DNA of 64,000 nucleotides from Bdellovibrionales bacterium (GCA_965202645.1 OZ241840.1:735523-799522); one strand, 5' to 3'. Positions 47,750 to 58,155 are shown, counted from the first letter of the stretch. The notes: generated by a model not told the origin, from the letters alone. A program made the numbers and translations.

Positions 47750-49702
47750 TTAATATATAATTTTCATCTCTTTAGAAAAATATCTCAAAAGCTCGTCCTC
47801 ATAAAACATCACACGGCAGGCGGAAAAAGAATTGCGCCTAAAATATTTTTTAATATCAGAATTTAAAAAAAGCGCCTGCGCTGAAATAAACTGATCATGA
47901 GCGCCATATGGCCAGGAAAACCTCAGAGGAACAGCCTCTCGCCCCTTTTTGCGAACGCCCTGGCAATTCAAGCGAATCTGATCCAGTTTGTGGCCCTCCA
48001 CTTGAAAAAATGGATCATCAATTATATCAAAAAAATTAAGCTTGAAATAGCCGGCTTTGTCTTTATAAATATCCTCTTTTAAGCTCAAAAACGGCTTTTC
48101 TGTTTTTTCCAACGCGCTTAAGCCTCTTTGATCATAGATCACTCCATGCCTTTTTTTGGCGCCCACTGTGTGTAAAGTCAAATAAGCGTAAACCTCTGGA
48201 TGACTCACGCCATAAGAGTCGCCTGTCCAAACCAGATCATACCCTTTGTCAACAAACTCCTCTCTGATTTTTTGCCCCGGCTTATCCCGCAATCCAATCC
48301 GATACACACAGTGGCTGGCATAAGAGCCTCTCTCCTCAGCAATCAATTCAAACTGATTTTTATCATAGTAATTCTCTTTAAAGAGCCGGATCAGATCAAG
48401 CCAATAATTATAAAGCTTTTTTTTCTTCTTTAATAAAAACATCTGCGGAGGAGTTACAGCCATAATAGGAAATTTTTTGCGAAAGGAAAAATGGGATTGT
48501 TTTGACAGCAGGCGATTTCTCCCAAAAAGCCTTTTATTAAAACACTGAGCGCTCACTGTGATCTGAATAGAGCTGTAATCAGAAATAAAATCGCCGTCCG
48601 CCTTTAAATCTTTAAAATGAAAATAGCTGTTGAGAGGTATCTCACTGCCACCGGCCCGCTTTCTTCCCTTATCTGTCCTGACAGAAACGGAGCGGGCCAA
48701 TTTTTCCAAATCCACAAGGCTTTTTGATGGAGGCTGGCCGGATTGCAAAGGGGATGGACTGTGTTCACTGCTTTTGATTTCCCGGCCTTTCTGATTTTTC
48801 CCGTTTTTCCGCAAACTGTTAAAATTCAGCTGAAAAAAAGGAGTCATTCCTGTTATTTTGCTGGTCTGGCCTTCGGAAAAAAACCGGCACTTTAAAACGC
48901 CATCCGGCAAAATGTTAGATTCAGAATTTTGCAAATGAAGAAAAACAGGCTCCTGGCCCCATTGAAAATCAGGGATTGTGAGAGCCTTTAAGCCCGCGCA
49001 AAACAAATGATAATTTTTAACCGGCGCCCCTGTATTATTTAAAAGCAAAATATCATTTATATTTTTTTTCTGAATGGCGTCCGCCACAGGCAAATAATGG
49101 CCCCTCGCTGTTTTTCGGACTAAAGACAGCGCATGAGGCTGGGCTTTGGCGAAAAAAGGCTGAACAATCTGCTGGGCTATATTATAGTGATTGTATACTC
49201 CCCTCTCATCTTTAAAAGCAAAAATGAAACTGCAATAAAAAGGCTTATCTGAGCTGTCCAAAAGAATTTCATAAGGAAGCAGCTCAAAAACAGAAAAAGA
49301 ATGCTGATAGGAAAGCCCTCCGGTTTCCTGAACTATTCGGCTCACTGCCTCATCCGCCGCTTGATCCGCATTCAATTTTGTATAAGAGCAAAAAGAGGAA
49401 ATTTTAACCTTTAAGCTCTCATCCTCTTTAATATTTTCCAATTTGTCCCAGCGAGGCGGAGCGCCCTCCTCCCGCTGGTCTGAGAAAATAATTTTATCCG
49501 ACAGATTCAAGATAAAATTTGATCTATTAATCTCTTTTAAGCTCACAAATTTATCCTGCCGGCTTAAATAAACACGAGGCTCTTTAAAAGAGCGATCCAG
49601 AGGCGGCAAAGTCTCTGTCTGTCCCCCTATAGAGGGAAATTCAAAAGGGCCGGCGCAGGAGGCTAAGCCAAACAGCGCTATAAAATAAACTATTGCTCTC
49701 AT
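47750..49702 (-). CDS. Lipoprotein, unknown function
   Basis: 650 aa with lipobox MRAIVYFIALFGLASC. No recognisable domains. Confidence 0.6.
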   Translation of the reverse strand: MRAIVYFIALFGLASCAGPFEFPSIGGQTETLPPLDRSFKEPRVYLSRQDKFVSLKEINRSNFILNLSDKIIFSDQREEGAPPRWDKLENIKEDESLKVKISSFCSYTKLNADQAADEAVSRIVQETGGLSYQHSFSVFELLPYEILLDSSDKPFYCSFIFAFKDERGVYNHYNIAQQIVQPFFAKAQPHALSLVRKTARGHYLPVADAIQKKNINDILLLNNTGAPVKNYHLFCAGLKALTIPDFQWGQEPVFLHLQNSESNILPDGVLKCRFFSEGQTSKITGMTPFFQLNFNSLRKNGKNQKGREIKSSEHSPSPLQSGQPPSKSLVDLEKLARSVSVRTDKGRKRAGGSEIPLNSYFHFKDLKADGDFISDYSSIQITVSAQCFNKRLFGRNRLLSKQSHFSFRKKFPIMAVTPPQMFLLKKKKKLYNYWLDLIRLFKENYYDKNQFELIAEERGSYASHCVYRIGLRDKPGQKIREEFVDKGYDLVWTGDSYGVSHPEVYAYLTLHTVGAKKRHGVIYDQRGLSALEKTEKPFLSLKEDIYKDKAGYFKLNFFDIIDDPFFQVEGHKLDQIRLNCQGVRKKGREAVPLRFSWPYGAHDQFISAQALFLNSDIKKYFRRNSFSACRVMFYEDELLRYFSKEMKIIY

Positions 49703-50320
49703 TATATTTTCTCCTTATTTTCAATGGGGCCAGGAGCCTGTTTTTCTCCTTTTTATTTTGATCCTGTTTTGCATGTTTGCGCAGTCTCTTGGATTTTTTG
49801 GCTAGCTCCGCAAACTTAGCTCTTTCATAAATTAAAATTCAAAAGCCTAAACCATAAATTTTTAAACTCGGCCGGTTTATCCTCCATCAAAGACTCCACT
49901 AAACGGGCCTAAACCGCAAATTTTTAAACCCGGCCTGTTTATGTCGTCCCTGGCGCTTTTTAAATAACACAAAAACATAAAGGCCAGCTCAATTTTTTAT
50001 TTGCATTTTGGAAAAGCCGCAACCCTTTTTAAAAAAATTTACAGCGCAATTTTTAAAAGTCTGTAATTTTGCGGATAAAGCTGGAAAAAAATTCGTATAT
50101 CGGATGGCTGTTTTATTCTTATCTCATTTTTCTAAAAATATTTATAATAATTTTTTATTTAAGGTTTCTTAAGAATAACCAGCTCAGGTATGTTTTGCCA
50201 TAAAGCGGCTTGCAGCAGAGACTGCCTCCAATTAAAATCAAGCAAAGCGCTTGGCTGTTAGCATATAATCTTTGTTTAAAATATGAAATTTTCAAAACTC
50301 TCTATATAGAGGCAAAGCCA

Positions 50321-52435
50321 TTAAAACATATCATAGCGAAACAAGGCGGCTAAGGAAAGCCCCTCCGGCAAATTTAATGGAAAAGGAAGGTAAAAAAGCG
50401 CCATTTTCTTTTGGCTCAGAGGAATCCATCCCCGCTCAAAATCCTCTTTATTATAAGGACAGCCTTCTGTCAAAATAAAAGCGCCCTCCTTCCGCTGAGG
50501 GCAATTTATGGCTTTTTGTATGGGTCTATTATGAGAGTCTAAATACAGATAAGAGTATTTTCTGGATGACTCAGGCGCTTTTGTCTCTAAAGAGGATAAA
50601 AGAAATCGCAAGGCGATTTTTCCTCTTAAAAAATCTGTTTTTTGGCGCTGAATAGCGCCCCGTTTGTTTTTGTGAATAGGCCGGATCTGTTTTTGATTTT
50701 TTGAGAGCGGAACTGCCCGCACGCCAATGGCCTCTCTTATTCCAGCGGGAGGCTTTTGGCTTGGCAAAGAGAAAACATCAACAGCGATAAGGCTCTGAGC
50801 GCCGGTTTTCTCAGCAGCTAAAGAGTTTGCTTTTCTTGGAGATTTTGCGCTCATAGCCCCTCTTATTCCAGCGGAAGGCTTGAGATCCCAAGAGTCACCA
50901 GCTAAAGAGGGATTTTGATTATTCACTGTCAACAAACTTGAGACATTTTCCGCCTCTATCACAAAAGCTTTATAATAGACATGGCTCTTTATATTGATAT
51001 ATTGAAAGGAGGACGGGATCGTCCTCGAAAAATGGACAGTTCGCTTGTAATGCGCCAAGTCAAACAAGCTCAAAAATCGGGAGGCCAAAATCACATCAAA
51101 ATTATGTTTGATTAGATAAGATTTAAGCGCTTTGGGCCATTTTTTGTCATATAAAATATATTTGCAGTCTGTTTTTTTGCTATACAAAACACAGGCTGGA
51201 TCAAAAATAGAAATTAAAGGATCTGCTTTTGAGTAAAACTTGTTTAAATTTTCCACCAGCTCCCTTTGCGCTTGATTATTTCTCTTTGTATACACCTTAT
51301 AGCTAAAATGGGAAATATAGAAAAAGCTGTATATAAAGGCGCCCGCTAAAAGAAAAGTCTTAAATTTTAAGCTGTAGCTGTGATTGAGCAACCGCCTCCA
51401 TTGCCAGTCTGTAAAAAAAGAAATAAACACAAAAGGCGCAAGGGCGCATAAAAAAAACAGCTTTTGTTTGGGGTGAAGCAGGAATACAGCCATCACAATT
51501 AAAAAATAAAGATCTGATAAATCCCATTTTCTCTTTTTTGAAATAACCACAGCAAAAACAGCAAAACAGGCTTTTAGGAGAATCAACAGGACAAGCAGTG
51601 GGTTTCTCTCTATAAAAAAGCCGATATGGGAAAATTCAAATAAATTTTTCATCCAGCCATGCGCAGAGACAAAATGAAAAGCTTGATGAATATCTGAAAA
51701 ATAAAATTTAGCGCTTTCATAAATGGATTTTATAAAAAAAGGATCTTTAAACAGAAAACTTAAAAAATAAAAAGCCATATAAGCTGCAAACACTGTCACA
51801 ACAATAGGCCAAGAGGAGACAAATCGCTTAGCTCTTAAATCATAAAAAGCCAAACAGAGGGCAAAACAGATCCAATAAACAGCTTTAGGGCTAATCATCA
51901 GCGTGGATAGCAATAAAAGAATGGATAAATAAAATTTCCAAAGCTCTCTGTTGTTTTTTGCGCTTAATGAGAGGCATAAAGCCATTAAGCTGACAGAGGA
52001 GGATAACAGATCGGAGCGCGCGCGAAAGCCTCTGTCTAAAAAAATATTTGCGCTGGCTAAAAGGAGAACCGCTAAAATAGCGTTGTATTTGTTTGTTTTC
52101 TTTTGAATATAAAGTCCCGTAAGAATCAAAATTCCCAAGCCGTTTAAAGCAAACAAAAATCTGGCTGTTGTCATAGGCGGCAGAGAGAGCCAATCAGAAA
52201 GCTGGGAGGACAGATATAGAAAGAGGTAAAACACAGGCTTTAAAGCAAATAAAAAACCTGTCATATTTTCTGTCCATAAATGCCGTGCGCTGTGAACAGG
52301 ATATATTTCCGTTTCAGTCCAGAAACTGAAATAAGAAAGGCTCAGAAAAGCCAAAATAAAGAATACGCCAAAGACAAAAAGCGCTTTGGTCTCCAAAATG
52401 CTCTTGAAAGAGGAAAACACAACAGGGGTTATCAT
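50321..52435 (-). CDS. Polytopic membrane protein, possibly a GT-C (ArnT/PMT-like) glycosyltransferase, with a soluble C-terminal region
   Basis: 704 aa with about 11-12 predicted TM segments in the first ~400 aa. The layout resembles the ArnT/GT39 family, but no catalytic motif was verified. An internal imperfect duplication is present (PSAGIRGAMS... / PPAGIREAIG...). Confidence 0.4.
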   Translation of the reverse strand: MITPVVFSSFKSILETKALFVFGVFFILAFLSLSYFSFWTETEIYPVHSARHLWTENMTGFLFALKPVFYLFLYLSSQLSDWLSLPPMTTARFLFALNGLGILILTGLYIQKKTNKYNAILAVLLLASANIFLDRGFRARSDLLSSSVSLMALCLSLSAKNNRELWKFYLSILLLLSTLMISPKAVYWICFALCLAFYDLRAKRFVSSWPIVVTVFAAYMAFYFLSFLFKDPFFIKSIYESAKFYFSDIHQAFHFVSAHGWMKNLFEFSHIGFFIERNPLLVLLILLKACFAVFAVVISKKRKWDLSDLYFLIVMAVFLLHPKQKLFFLCALAPFVFISFFTDWQWRRLLNHSYSLKFKTFLLAGAFIYSFFYISHFSYKVYTKRNNQAQRELVENLNKFYSKADPLISIFDPACVLYSKKTDCKYILYDKKWPKALKSYLIKHNFDVILASRFLSLFDLAHYKRTVHFSRTIPSSFQYINIKSHVYYKAFVIEAENVSSLLTVNNQNPSLAGDSWDLKPSAGIRGAMSAKSPRKANSLAAEKTGAQSLIAVDVFSLPSQKPPAGIREAIGVRAVPLSKNQKQIRPIHKNKRGAIQRQKTDFLRGKIALRFLLSSLETKAPESSRKYSYLYLDSHNRPIQKAINCPQRKEGAFILTEGCPYNKEDFERGWIPLSQKKMALFYLPFPLNLPEGLSLAALFRYDMF

Positions 52436-52556
52436 AGCGCTTATACCGCTCAGAGTAAAAAATAACAGAGCTTATCATAGCGCTTATACCGCTCAGAGCA
52501 AAAAATAACAGAGCTTATCATGGCGCTTAAGACCGCTCAGAGTAAAAAATAACAGC
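52425..52556. repeat. Three tandem copies of a 43-44 bp unit that includes the start codon of the gene at 50321-52435
   Basis: On the minus strand ctctgagcggtataagcgctATGATAA occurs three times. The marker cgctcagag is at 52447, 52490 and 52534. Only the proximal ATG (52435) is in frame with the long ORF. Confidence 0.85.
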
Positions 52557-52759
52557 CCGTTGTCAATGCGCAAAAATTCATAGCGGCGGCCCCTTAAATA
52601 ACTGCTAATTTGAGCGGAAGGGATTGGATAGAAGCGGATGGAATTGGAATTTTGCCTCTGACAGCCATTAAGCGGTGGCTATCCCTCGCTTTTTCTTTTA
52701 TATTGTCCAATATTGCTATATTTTTATAGGATTTTCAAAACCAACATAAAAGGCTGAAT

Positions 52760-53569
52760 ATGCTGTCTGTTGCTGTGTCCTGCAAAGGATCATTCGGCAT
52801 TTTGCGAAAAAACCTGTCCGCTTTAAGCCGGCAAAGCTTAAGCCGAGAGCTTTGGTCTCTTTTATTTCTATTTAGGGAGCAGGAGTCGTCTTCAGAATGT
52901 GTCTCATTGATCTATGAGTTTTTCCCTTCCGCTCAAATTTTATTTTTGCCCAAAGGCTCGCCTATTTATGAAATGAAGAGCTTGGCGCTTTCCAAAATCG
53001 CCTCTCCTTATATTTATTTTATTGATGAGGATGTCATTTTGGAGGATTTTAATCACTTGAGCCGGTTGATTGAGCTTCATAAAAAGCATTCTTCGGCGAC
53101 AGCTCTGGGAGGCGGCTATCTGGATCACCTGGAATGCTCTTTTTTAGGGAAATGTTATAATTGGATCGCCCGGCTTTGGATAAAAAATCAGGCTATGCCC
53201 CCGGCGGGCAATTTGTCAGTGAAAACAGAAAAAGCCTTTAAAGCCCGTTTTTACAGCCCCGGCCCTTTTGGCTTTGGAGGGGAGGAGGCTCATTTTTTGC
53301 GATCTCTTCAGGCTGAGGGGCATAAACTCCTTTTAGATAGGGAGCTGGACGCTCAGCACTTGGCCAGACATAATTTAAAAGACTTTATAAAAAGAGCCTG
53401 GCTCCATGGCGCCAGCCAAGCTTTTGAAAAGAGCTTGAGCCGGACATCTTACGCTCTTTTTTTGAAAGAGCCGGCTCCCTTATCTATAAAAGCCACAGCT
53501 TTTTTATATCTTCTTCTGGTCCGTTTCACCTGCGCTCTTTATAAGATAAAAAAGCGCTGGCCTAAATAA
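52760..53569 (+). CDS. Glycosyltransferase family 2-like protein
   Basis: 269 aa. IYFIDEDVIL provides a DxD-like motif in a GT-A context. Weak call. Confidence 0.45.
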   Translation: MLSVAVSCKGSFGILRKNLSALSRQSLSRELWSLLFLFREQESSSECVSLIYEFFPSAQILFLPKGSPIYEMKSLALSKIASPYIYFIDEDVILEDFNHLSRLIELHKKHSSATALGGGYLDHLECSFLGKCYNWIARLWIKNQAMPPAGNLSVKTEKAFKARFYSPGPFGFGGEEAHFLRSLQAEGHKLLLDRELDAQHLARHNLKDFIKRAWLHGASQAFEKSLSRTSYALFLKEPAPLSIKATAFLYLLLVRFTCALYKIKKRWPK

Positions 53570-53586
53570 TTTTTGCCTCCAATGGC

Positions 53587-53685
53587 TGGCTGATCCCTTT
53601 GATTCTGGCTTTTTTGGCTTTGAGCTTAATTATTTTAGCTGTGGAGACAGCTCCTGTCCTGCCGGCTCTTTATCCTATTTTTTAA
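53587..53685 (+). pseudogene. 5'-truncated relic of a DUF5989 gene (paralog of 34907-35056)
   Basis: Encodes WLIPLILAFLALSLIILAVETAPVLPALYPIF-stop with no usable start codon. A second 3' fragment (PALYPIF-stop) lies at 53716-53743. Confidence 0.6.
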
Positions 53686-53945
53686 ACAAACTCTCCGCGC
53701 GGGTTATTGAGGCGGCCGGCCGGCCTTTACCCTATTTTTTGAGCAATCCCTCCGCGGGGGCAATCAAAAAAAATTCTTAACATTTGTCTCTCAAAGGTTT
53801 ATAACTTTCACAGCGCGTAGATCAGGCTCAGATTTTGCTCTTGTAAAAGCCAATTTTTAAGCCTGGCCAATTGATGGCTTTTGTTAAGCGGCTTGGCCGC
53901 AAAACTGTGGGAAAACCAGCGCGCAGGCTTATAAGGAGAGGGAAA

Positions 53946-55079
53946 ATGGAGGCTTTTTTCACAAGCGAGTCCGTTTCAGAAGGGCATCCCGATAAATTAG
54001 CTGATCAAATCAGCGATGGCGTCTTAGACGCTTTTTTAAAGCAGGATGAAAAAAGCCGTGTGGCCTGTGAGGTTTTTTTAACAGGAGGGCAGGCTTTTAT
54101 TTCCGGTGAATTTGACAGCTCTGCTGAGATTGACGCTCTTCAAGTGGCTAGAGATATTATAAAAAAAGCCGGCTATGATTCTACAGATAAAGGCTTAGAT
54201 TACAACTCTTGCTCTATACAAAGCTTTTTAAAGCCTCAAAGCGCGGACATTCGGCAGGCTGTGGGCTTTGGCGAAAACCAAGGGGCGGGGGATCAGGGGA
54301 TTATGTTTGGCTATGCTGTGGATGAGACAGAAACAGCCATGCCTCTAAGCATTCATATCGCCCATCAGCTGGTTGAAAATCTGGCAAAATTGAGAAAGCA
54401 AGGGCATGATTTTTTATGGCCGGACTCTAAAAGCCAAGTCACTGTCAGATATGAGGAAAATCAAGTCAAAGACATTTCCACAGTCATTGTTTCCACGCAA
54501 CATGATCCCTCTTATGCTTTGAGCCGGCTAAAAGAGTTTATTCGCGAGGAGCTAGTCAAAAAAACCATTCCGGCGAAATATTTAACACCGGGGACAAAAA
54601 TCCTAATCAATCCGGGCGGAAAATTCGGCATTGGAGGGCCAAAGGCCGATTGCGGGCTGACGGGCAGAAAAATCATTGTGGACACTTATGGGGGGCATAG
54701 CCCTCATGGAGGAGGGGCTTTTTCCGGAAAAGACCCTTCAAAAGTGGATCGCTCCGGGGCTTATATGGCTCGCTATGCCGCTAAAAATATAGTCAAAGCG
54801 GGTTTGGCTAAAAAGTGCCTGATTCAGCTGTCTTACGCTATAGGAATGGCCGATCCCATTAATATTTGGCTGGATCATTTTGAATCTTCGCCCATTTCAA
54901 AAGAAGAGCTGAAAAAAAGAGTATGTGAGCTTTGGAGCTTTAAGCCCTCCGCCATTATTAAAGAGCTAGATCTTCTTAAGCGGTCCTATACGCCCTCCGC
55001 GTGCTATGGGCATTTTGGCAGAGAGCATGAAAATTTCACTTGGGAAAAAACAGACAAAGTTTCTGACTTAAAAAAATAG
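53946..55079 (+). CDS. metK: S-adenosylmethionine synthetase
   Basis: FTSESVSEGHPDKLADQISD, GAGDQGIMFGYA and GGGAFSGKDPSKVDRS. The ATG at 53946 follows AAGGAGAGGG. The track ORF starts at 53871. Confidence 0.92.
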   Translation: MEAFFTSESVSEGHPDKLADQISDGVLDAFLKQDEKSRVACEVFLTGGQAFISGEFDSSAEIDALQVARDIIKKAGYDSTDKGLDYNSCSIQSFLKPQSADIRQAVGFGENQGAGDQGIMFGYAVDETETAMPLSIHIAHQLVENLAKLRKQGHDFLWPDSKSQVTVRYEENQVKDISTVIVSTQHDPSYALSRLKEFIREELVKKTIPAKYLTPGTKILINPGGKFGIGGPKADCGLTGRKIIVDTYGGHSPHGGGAFSGKDPSKVDRSGAYMARYAAKNIVKAGLAKKCLIQLSYAIGMADPINIWLDHFESSPISKEELKKRVCELWSFKPSAIIKELDLLKRSYTPSACYGHFGREHENFTWEKTDKVSDLKK

Positions 55080-55081
55080 AC

Positions 55082-55320
55082 GGCCTCAAACTAGCGAAAG
55101 CCTTTAAAATTCTGAATTTGCGCGAAAACCGGCTGGCCTCAAACTGGCGAAAGCCTTTAAAACTCTGAATTTGAGCGAAAACCGACTGGCCTCAAACTGG
55201 CGAAAGCCTTTAAAATTCTGAATTGGCACGAAAACCGGCTGGCCTTAAACTGGCGAAAGCCTTTAAAACTCTGAATTTGAGCGAAAACCGACTGGCCTCA
55301 AACTGGCATAAGCCTTTCAC
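55082..55320. repeat. 4.5 tandem copies of a 53-bp unit between convergent metK and the HU/IHF gene
   Basis: The marker ggcct(c/t) recurs at 55082, 55135, 55188, 55241 and 55294. The last copy overlaps the stop codon of 55317-55616. Confidence 0.9.
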
Positions 55321-55616
55321 TTTTTATTTAGTTTTTCGCGAAACAGGCCCGTCTTAAACCAGGGGCGTTTTTTGGCTCGAACTGTAACTGTCTGCTGATT
55401 TTGCGGATTTCTCCCTTTATAGGCCTTATATTTTTTCACGCCAAAAGAGCCGAACCCTCTTAATTCCGCTTTTTGGCCTTTGAGAAGGGCTTGAGTGATT
55501 TTTTCAAACACCGTATCCACAAATAAATGGGCCGTGGCCAGAGACAGCCTTTTTTTACGAGCGACTTCAGCGGCAATATCAGACTTTGTTTTGAGCTTTT
55601 TGGCTATTCTTTTCAT
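55317..55616 (-). CDS. HU/IHF-family DNA-binding protein
   Basis: 99 aa. ELRGFGSFGVKKYKAYKGRNPQN...V.V.AKKRPWFKTG fits the HU/IHF beta-arm pattern. Confidence 0.8.
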   Translation of the reverse strand: MKRIAKKLKTKSDIAAEVARKKRLSLATAHLFVDTVFEKITQALLKGQKAELRGFGSFGVKKYKAYKGRNPQNQQTVTVRAKKRPWFKTGLFREKLNKK

Positions 55617-56079
55617 CTTTTTAGAATTATAAGCACAAAATTGGGCAAAAAAGAATAAATTTTCGCCTAAAAAACTTTAAAAACAGCATTTTTTAAGTTT
55701 TGCGAAAAAAAATCAAAAAAAGTTTAAAAAAGCTTTTGTTTGTGCTATTTTTTAAAAAAAGATATGTTTCAAGAAAATTCTGAAGAATCCGCCGATAGGG
55801 ACTCCTCCTCATCGAGCCCCGCTTTTCTATTGATATTATTTGAGCGCTCTCGGCGGTTTGCCTTTGCGATAAGCGGTGTTTTTAAATTCAGCCGATGGAA
55901 TAGGAGCTGTTTTGGCTTTTAAGAGCTTAGGCAAAATTTTTTTGTCGCTTTATATGTGTAAAAATCTGTTTTCTTTGTTTTCTCACTCCTTTTATTTGAT
56001 ATTGATCTGGCGGAGGCTTTCCAGGCTCTTCGCTTTTGCAAAAAACAAATTCAGCCGGCATTCAGATTTCTGATATTTT

Positions 56080-57120
56080 ATGTTTCTGCTCATATTTTAT
56101 TTTTCTTTAGCTGTTTTCGCCTCCTTTCTCTGCTCATTGCTGGAATCTGTGATTTTATCAGTCTCCTATACCCATGTTGAGGCTTTGTCCCGCAAAGGGG
56201 CTCGCTATGCCCCTTTGCTTAAAAAAATGAAGTATCAAATTTCCCAGCCCCTATCAGCTATTTTAACAGTCAACACAATAGCCAACACTTTAGGCGCCGC
56301 GGGGGTGGGAGCGCAGGCTTATCAGCTTTATGGCAGTTATTTTGTCACTGTTTTTTCTGTCATCTTGACTTTGGTTATTTTATTTTTTTCTGAAATTTTG
56401 CCAAAAACTTTAGGCGCCTCTTATTGGCGGGTCCTGATCCCTTTTTCTGTATATGTTATACAGGCTTTGATTTTTATTTGCTGGCCTTTTGTCAAGCTGT
56501 CCCGCTTGGTTCAGCAAATTTTTCACATCCGCTCACGGCATATCACGAGGGAGGATATTTTGGGGGCGGCCAAAATGGGGGTTAATGAGGGGGCCATTTA
56601 TAAAAATGAGGGAGAGCTTGTTCAAAATATCTTAAAGCTAAAAAGCAAAAAAGTTTATGAGATTATGACTCCCCGAACAGTGATTACCGCTTTTGAGAGA
56701 AAAATGACAGTGGGGCAGGCTCTTAAAAAATATCAGCCTCTTCGCTTTGCCCGAATCCCTGTTTATGAGGGGAATTTAGATCAAATAATTGGCATGGCTC
56801 ATCGCTATAAAATTTTGGAGGCGCGATCTCAAGGCTGTGAAAAGCTCACTGTGGACAACTATTTAAGCCCTATACACACAGTGCCGGAGAATATTTCTGT
56901 AACGGCGGCTTTGGATCAATTTATAAAGAGGAAAGAGCATATTTTTTTGGTTGTGGATGAATATGGCTCTTTATCCGGCTTAGTGTCTATGGAGGATGTT
57001 GTGGAGACTATTCTGGGCATTGAGATTGTGGATGAGCTGGACACTGTCGCCGACTTGAGGGAGCAGGCTCTCAAGCAATGGAAACAGAAAAAAAGCCGTC
57101 TGGCCAAACCTCCTTTTTAA
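56080..57120 (+). CDS. CNNM/HlyC-CorC family transporter (DUF21 plus CBS pair)
   Basis: N-terminal 4-TM DUF21 (SEILPKTLG) followed by a CBS pair (IMTPR..., ...FLVVDEYGSLSGLVSMEDVVETILG). The CorC_HlyC C-terminal domain is absent. Confidence 0.8.
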   Translation: MFLLIFYFSLAVFASFLCSLLESVILSVSYTHVEALSRKGARYAPLLKKMKYQISQPLSAILTVNTIANTLGAAGVGAQAYQLYGSYFVTVFSVILTLVILFFSEILPKTLGASYWRVLIPFSVYVIQALIFICWPFVKLSRLVQQIFHIRSRHITREDILGAAKMGVNEGAIYKNEGELVQNILKLKSKKVYEIMTPRTVITAFERKMTVGQALKKYQPLRFARIPVYEGNLDQIIGMAHRYKILEARSQGCEKLTVDNYLSPIHTVPENISVTAALDQFIKRKEHIFLVVDEYGSLSGLVSMEDVVETILGIEIVDELDTVADLREQALKQWKQKKSRLAKPPF

Positions 57121-57150
57121 GGCGCTTTTGCCACTGCATGCGGCTTTATA

Positions 57151-57849
57151 ATGATCTCTTTAATACAAACAAAAACAGCTCTGCTCTCTGTAATTTCCTT
57201 ATCGCTTGTCTTGTTTTTTTATTTTGGCTTGAATCAATATTTGGATCTGGAGTTTTTTGTTCAAAAAAAGCGCGAGCTGGATTCCCTCTACAGGGATTCC
57301 CCTATTTTGTTTGTGTTGGCTTTTTTTGTTTTTTATGTGTTTTGCGCGGCTTTTAGCATTCCCGGCTCCGCTCTTCTCACTTTGGCCGCCGGCTGGCTGT
57401 TTCATTTTTTTGTCGGGGCCGCTGTGGTTTCCTTGGGAAGCGCCACAGGGGCGGTTGTCGCTTTTTTAATCTCCCGGCTCTTTTTAAAAAACTTTGTTCA
57501 AAGGCGATTCCATTCCCATCTGAAAGCCATCAACCGGGGATTTAAAAAAGATGGCGCTTTTTATCTTTTTTCCCTGAGGCTTATCCCCATTTTCCCTTTT
57601 TTTGCTGTCAATTTGTTTATGGGGGTGACTCCCATTTCAGTTAAGCAATTTTTTATCGCCAGCTTTTTGGGGATGCTTCCGGGGTCTCTTGTTTTTGTCA
57701 ATGCGGGGAGACGGCTGGCGGATATTAAATCTTTAACCGAGATATTTTCTCCCGTCATTATTTTGTCTTTTATTTTATTAGCCAGCCTCCCTTGGATTAT
57801 GAAATTTTTGTTAAAAGCTTTCCCATTAAAGCCCGCTGATCCCGCTTAA
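57151..57849 (+). CDS. TVP38/TMEM64 (DedA-related) family membrane protein
   Basis: 232 aa. The FSIPGSALLTLAAGWLF and LRLIPIFPF..VNL.MG.T.I pattern. Confidence 0.75.
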   Translation: MISLIQTKTALLSVISLSLVLFFYFGLNQYLDLEFFVQKKRELDSLYRDSPILFVLAFFVFYVFCAAFSIPGSALLTLAAGWLFHFFVGAAVVSLGSATGAVVAFLISRLFLKNFVQRRFHSHLKAINRGFKKDGAFYLFSLRLIPIFPFFAVNLFMGVTPISVKQFFIASFLGMLPGSLVFVNAGRRLADIKSLTEIFSPVIILSFILLASLPWIMKFLLKAFPLKPADPA

Positions 57850-57851
57850 CG

Positions 57852-58120
57852 GCTGACTTTGGCGCTTAATGTGTTTGAGGAAATTTAAAAGTCAATAAAG
57901 ACAGGGGTTTCAGGAAACATTGCCTAAAAAACAGGCAAAATTGTAGTGTAATACTTTAAAAAAACAGGGTTTTTAATGCGGTTTTTTCTCCTCAGAGGAT
58001 ATTTTCAGTAATTTTGGAGGTATCCTAAGCTTGAAAGACAGCCGTTGCATTTCCCTCCTATCTCTGTCCTCATCCACAATATGCGATCCCGCATTTTCAC
58101 TGAAACAGCTCGAACTTCCA
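57852..58120 (+). mobile_element. Degenerate relic of the transposase-distal end of the IS1634-family element
   Basis: ggctgactttggcgcttaatgtgtttgaggaaatttaaaagtcaataaagacaggggtttcagg... aligns with 13562-13835 with substitutions and a short internal deletion. Confidence 0.8.
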
Positions 58121-58155
58121 GAAAATCTCCCATTAACCACTGTCAAAGGCTGGCC

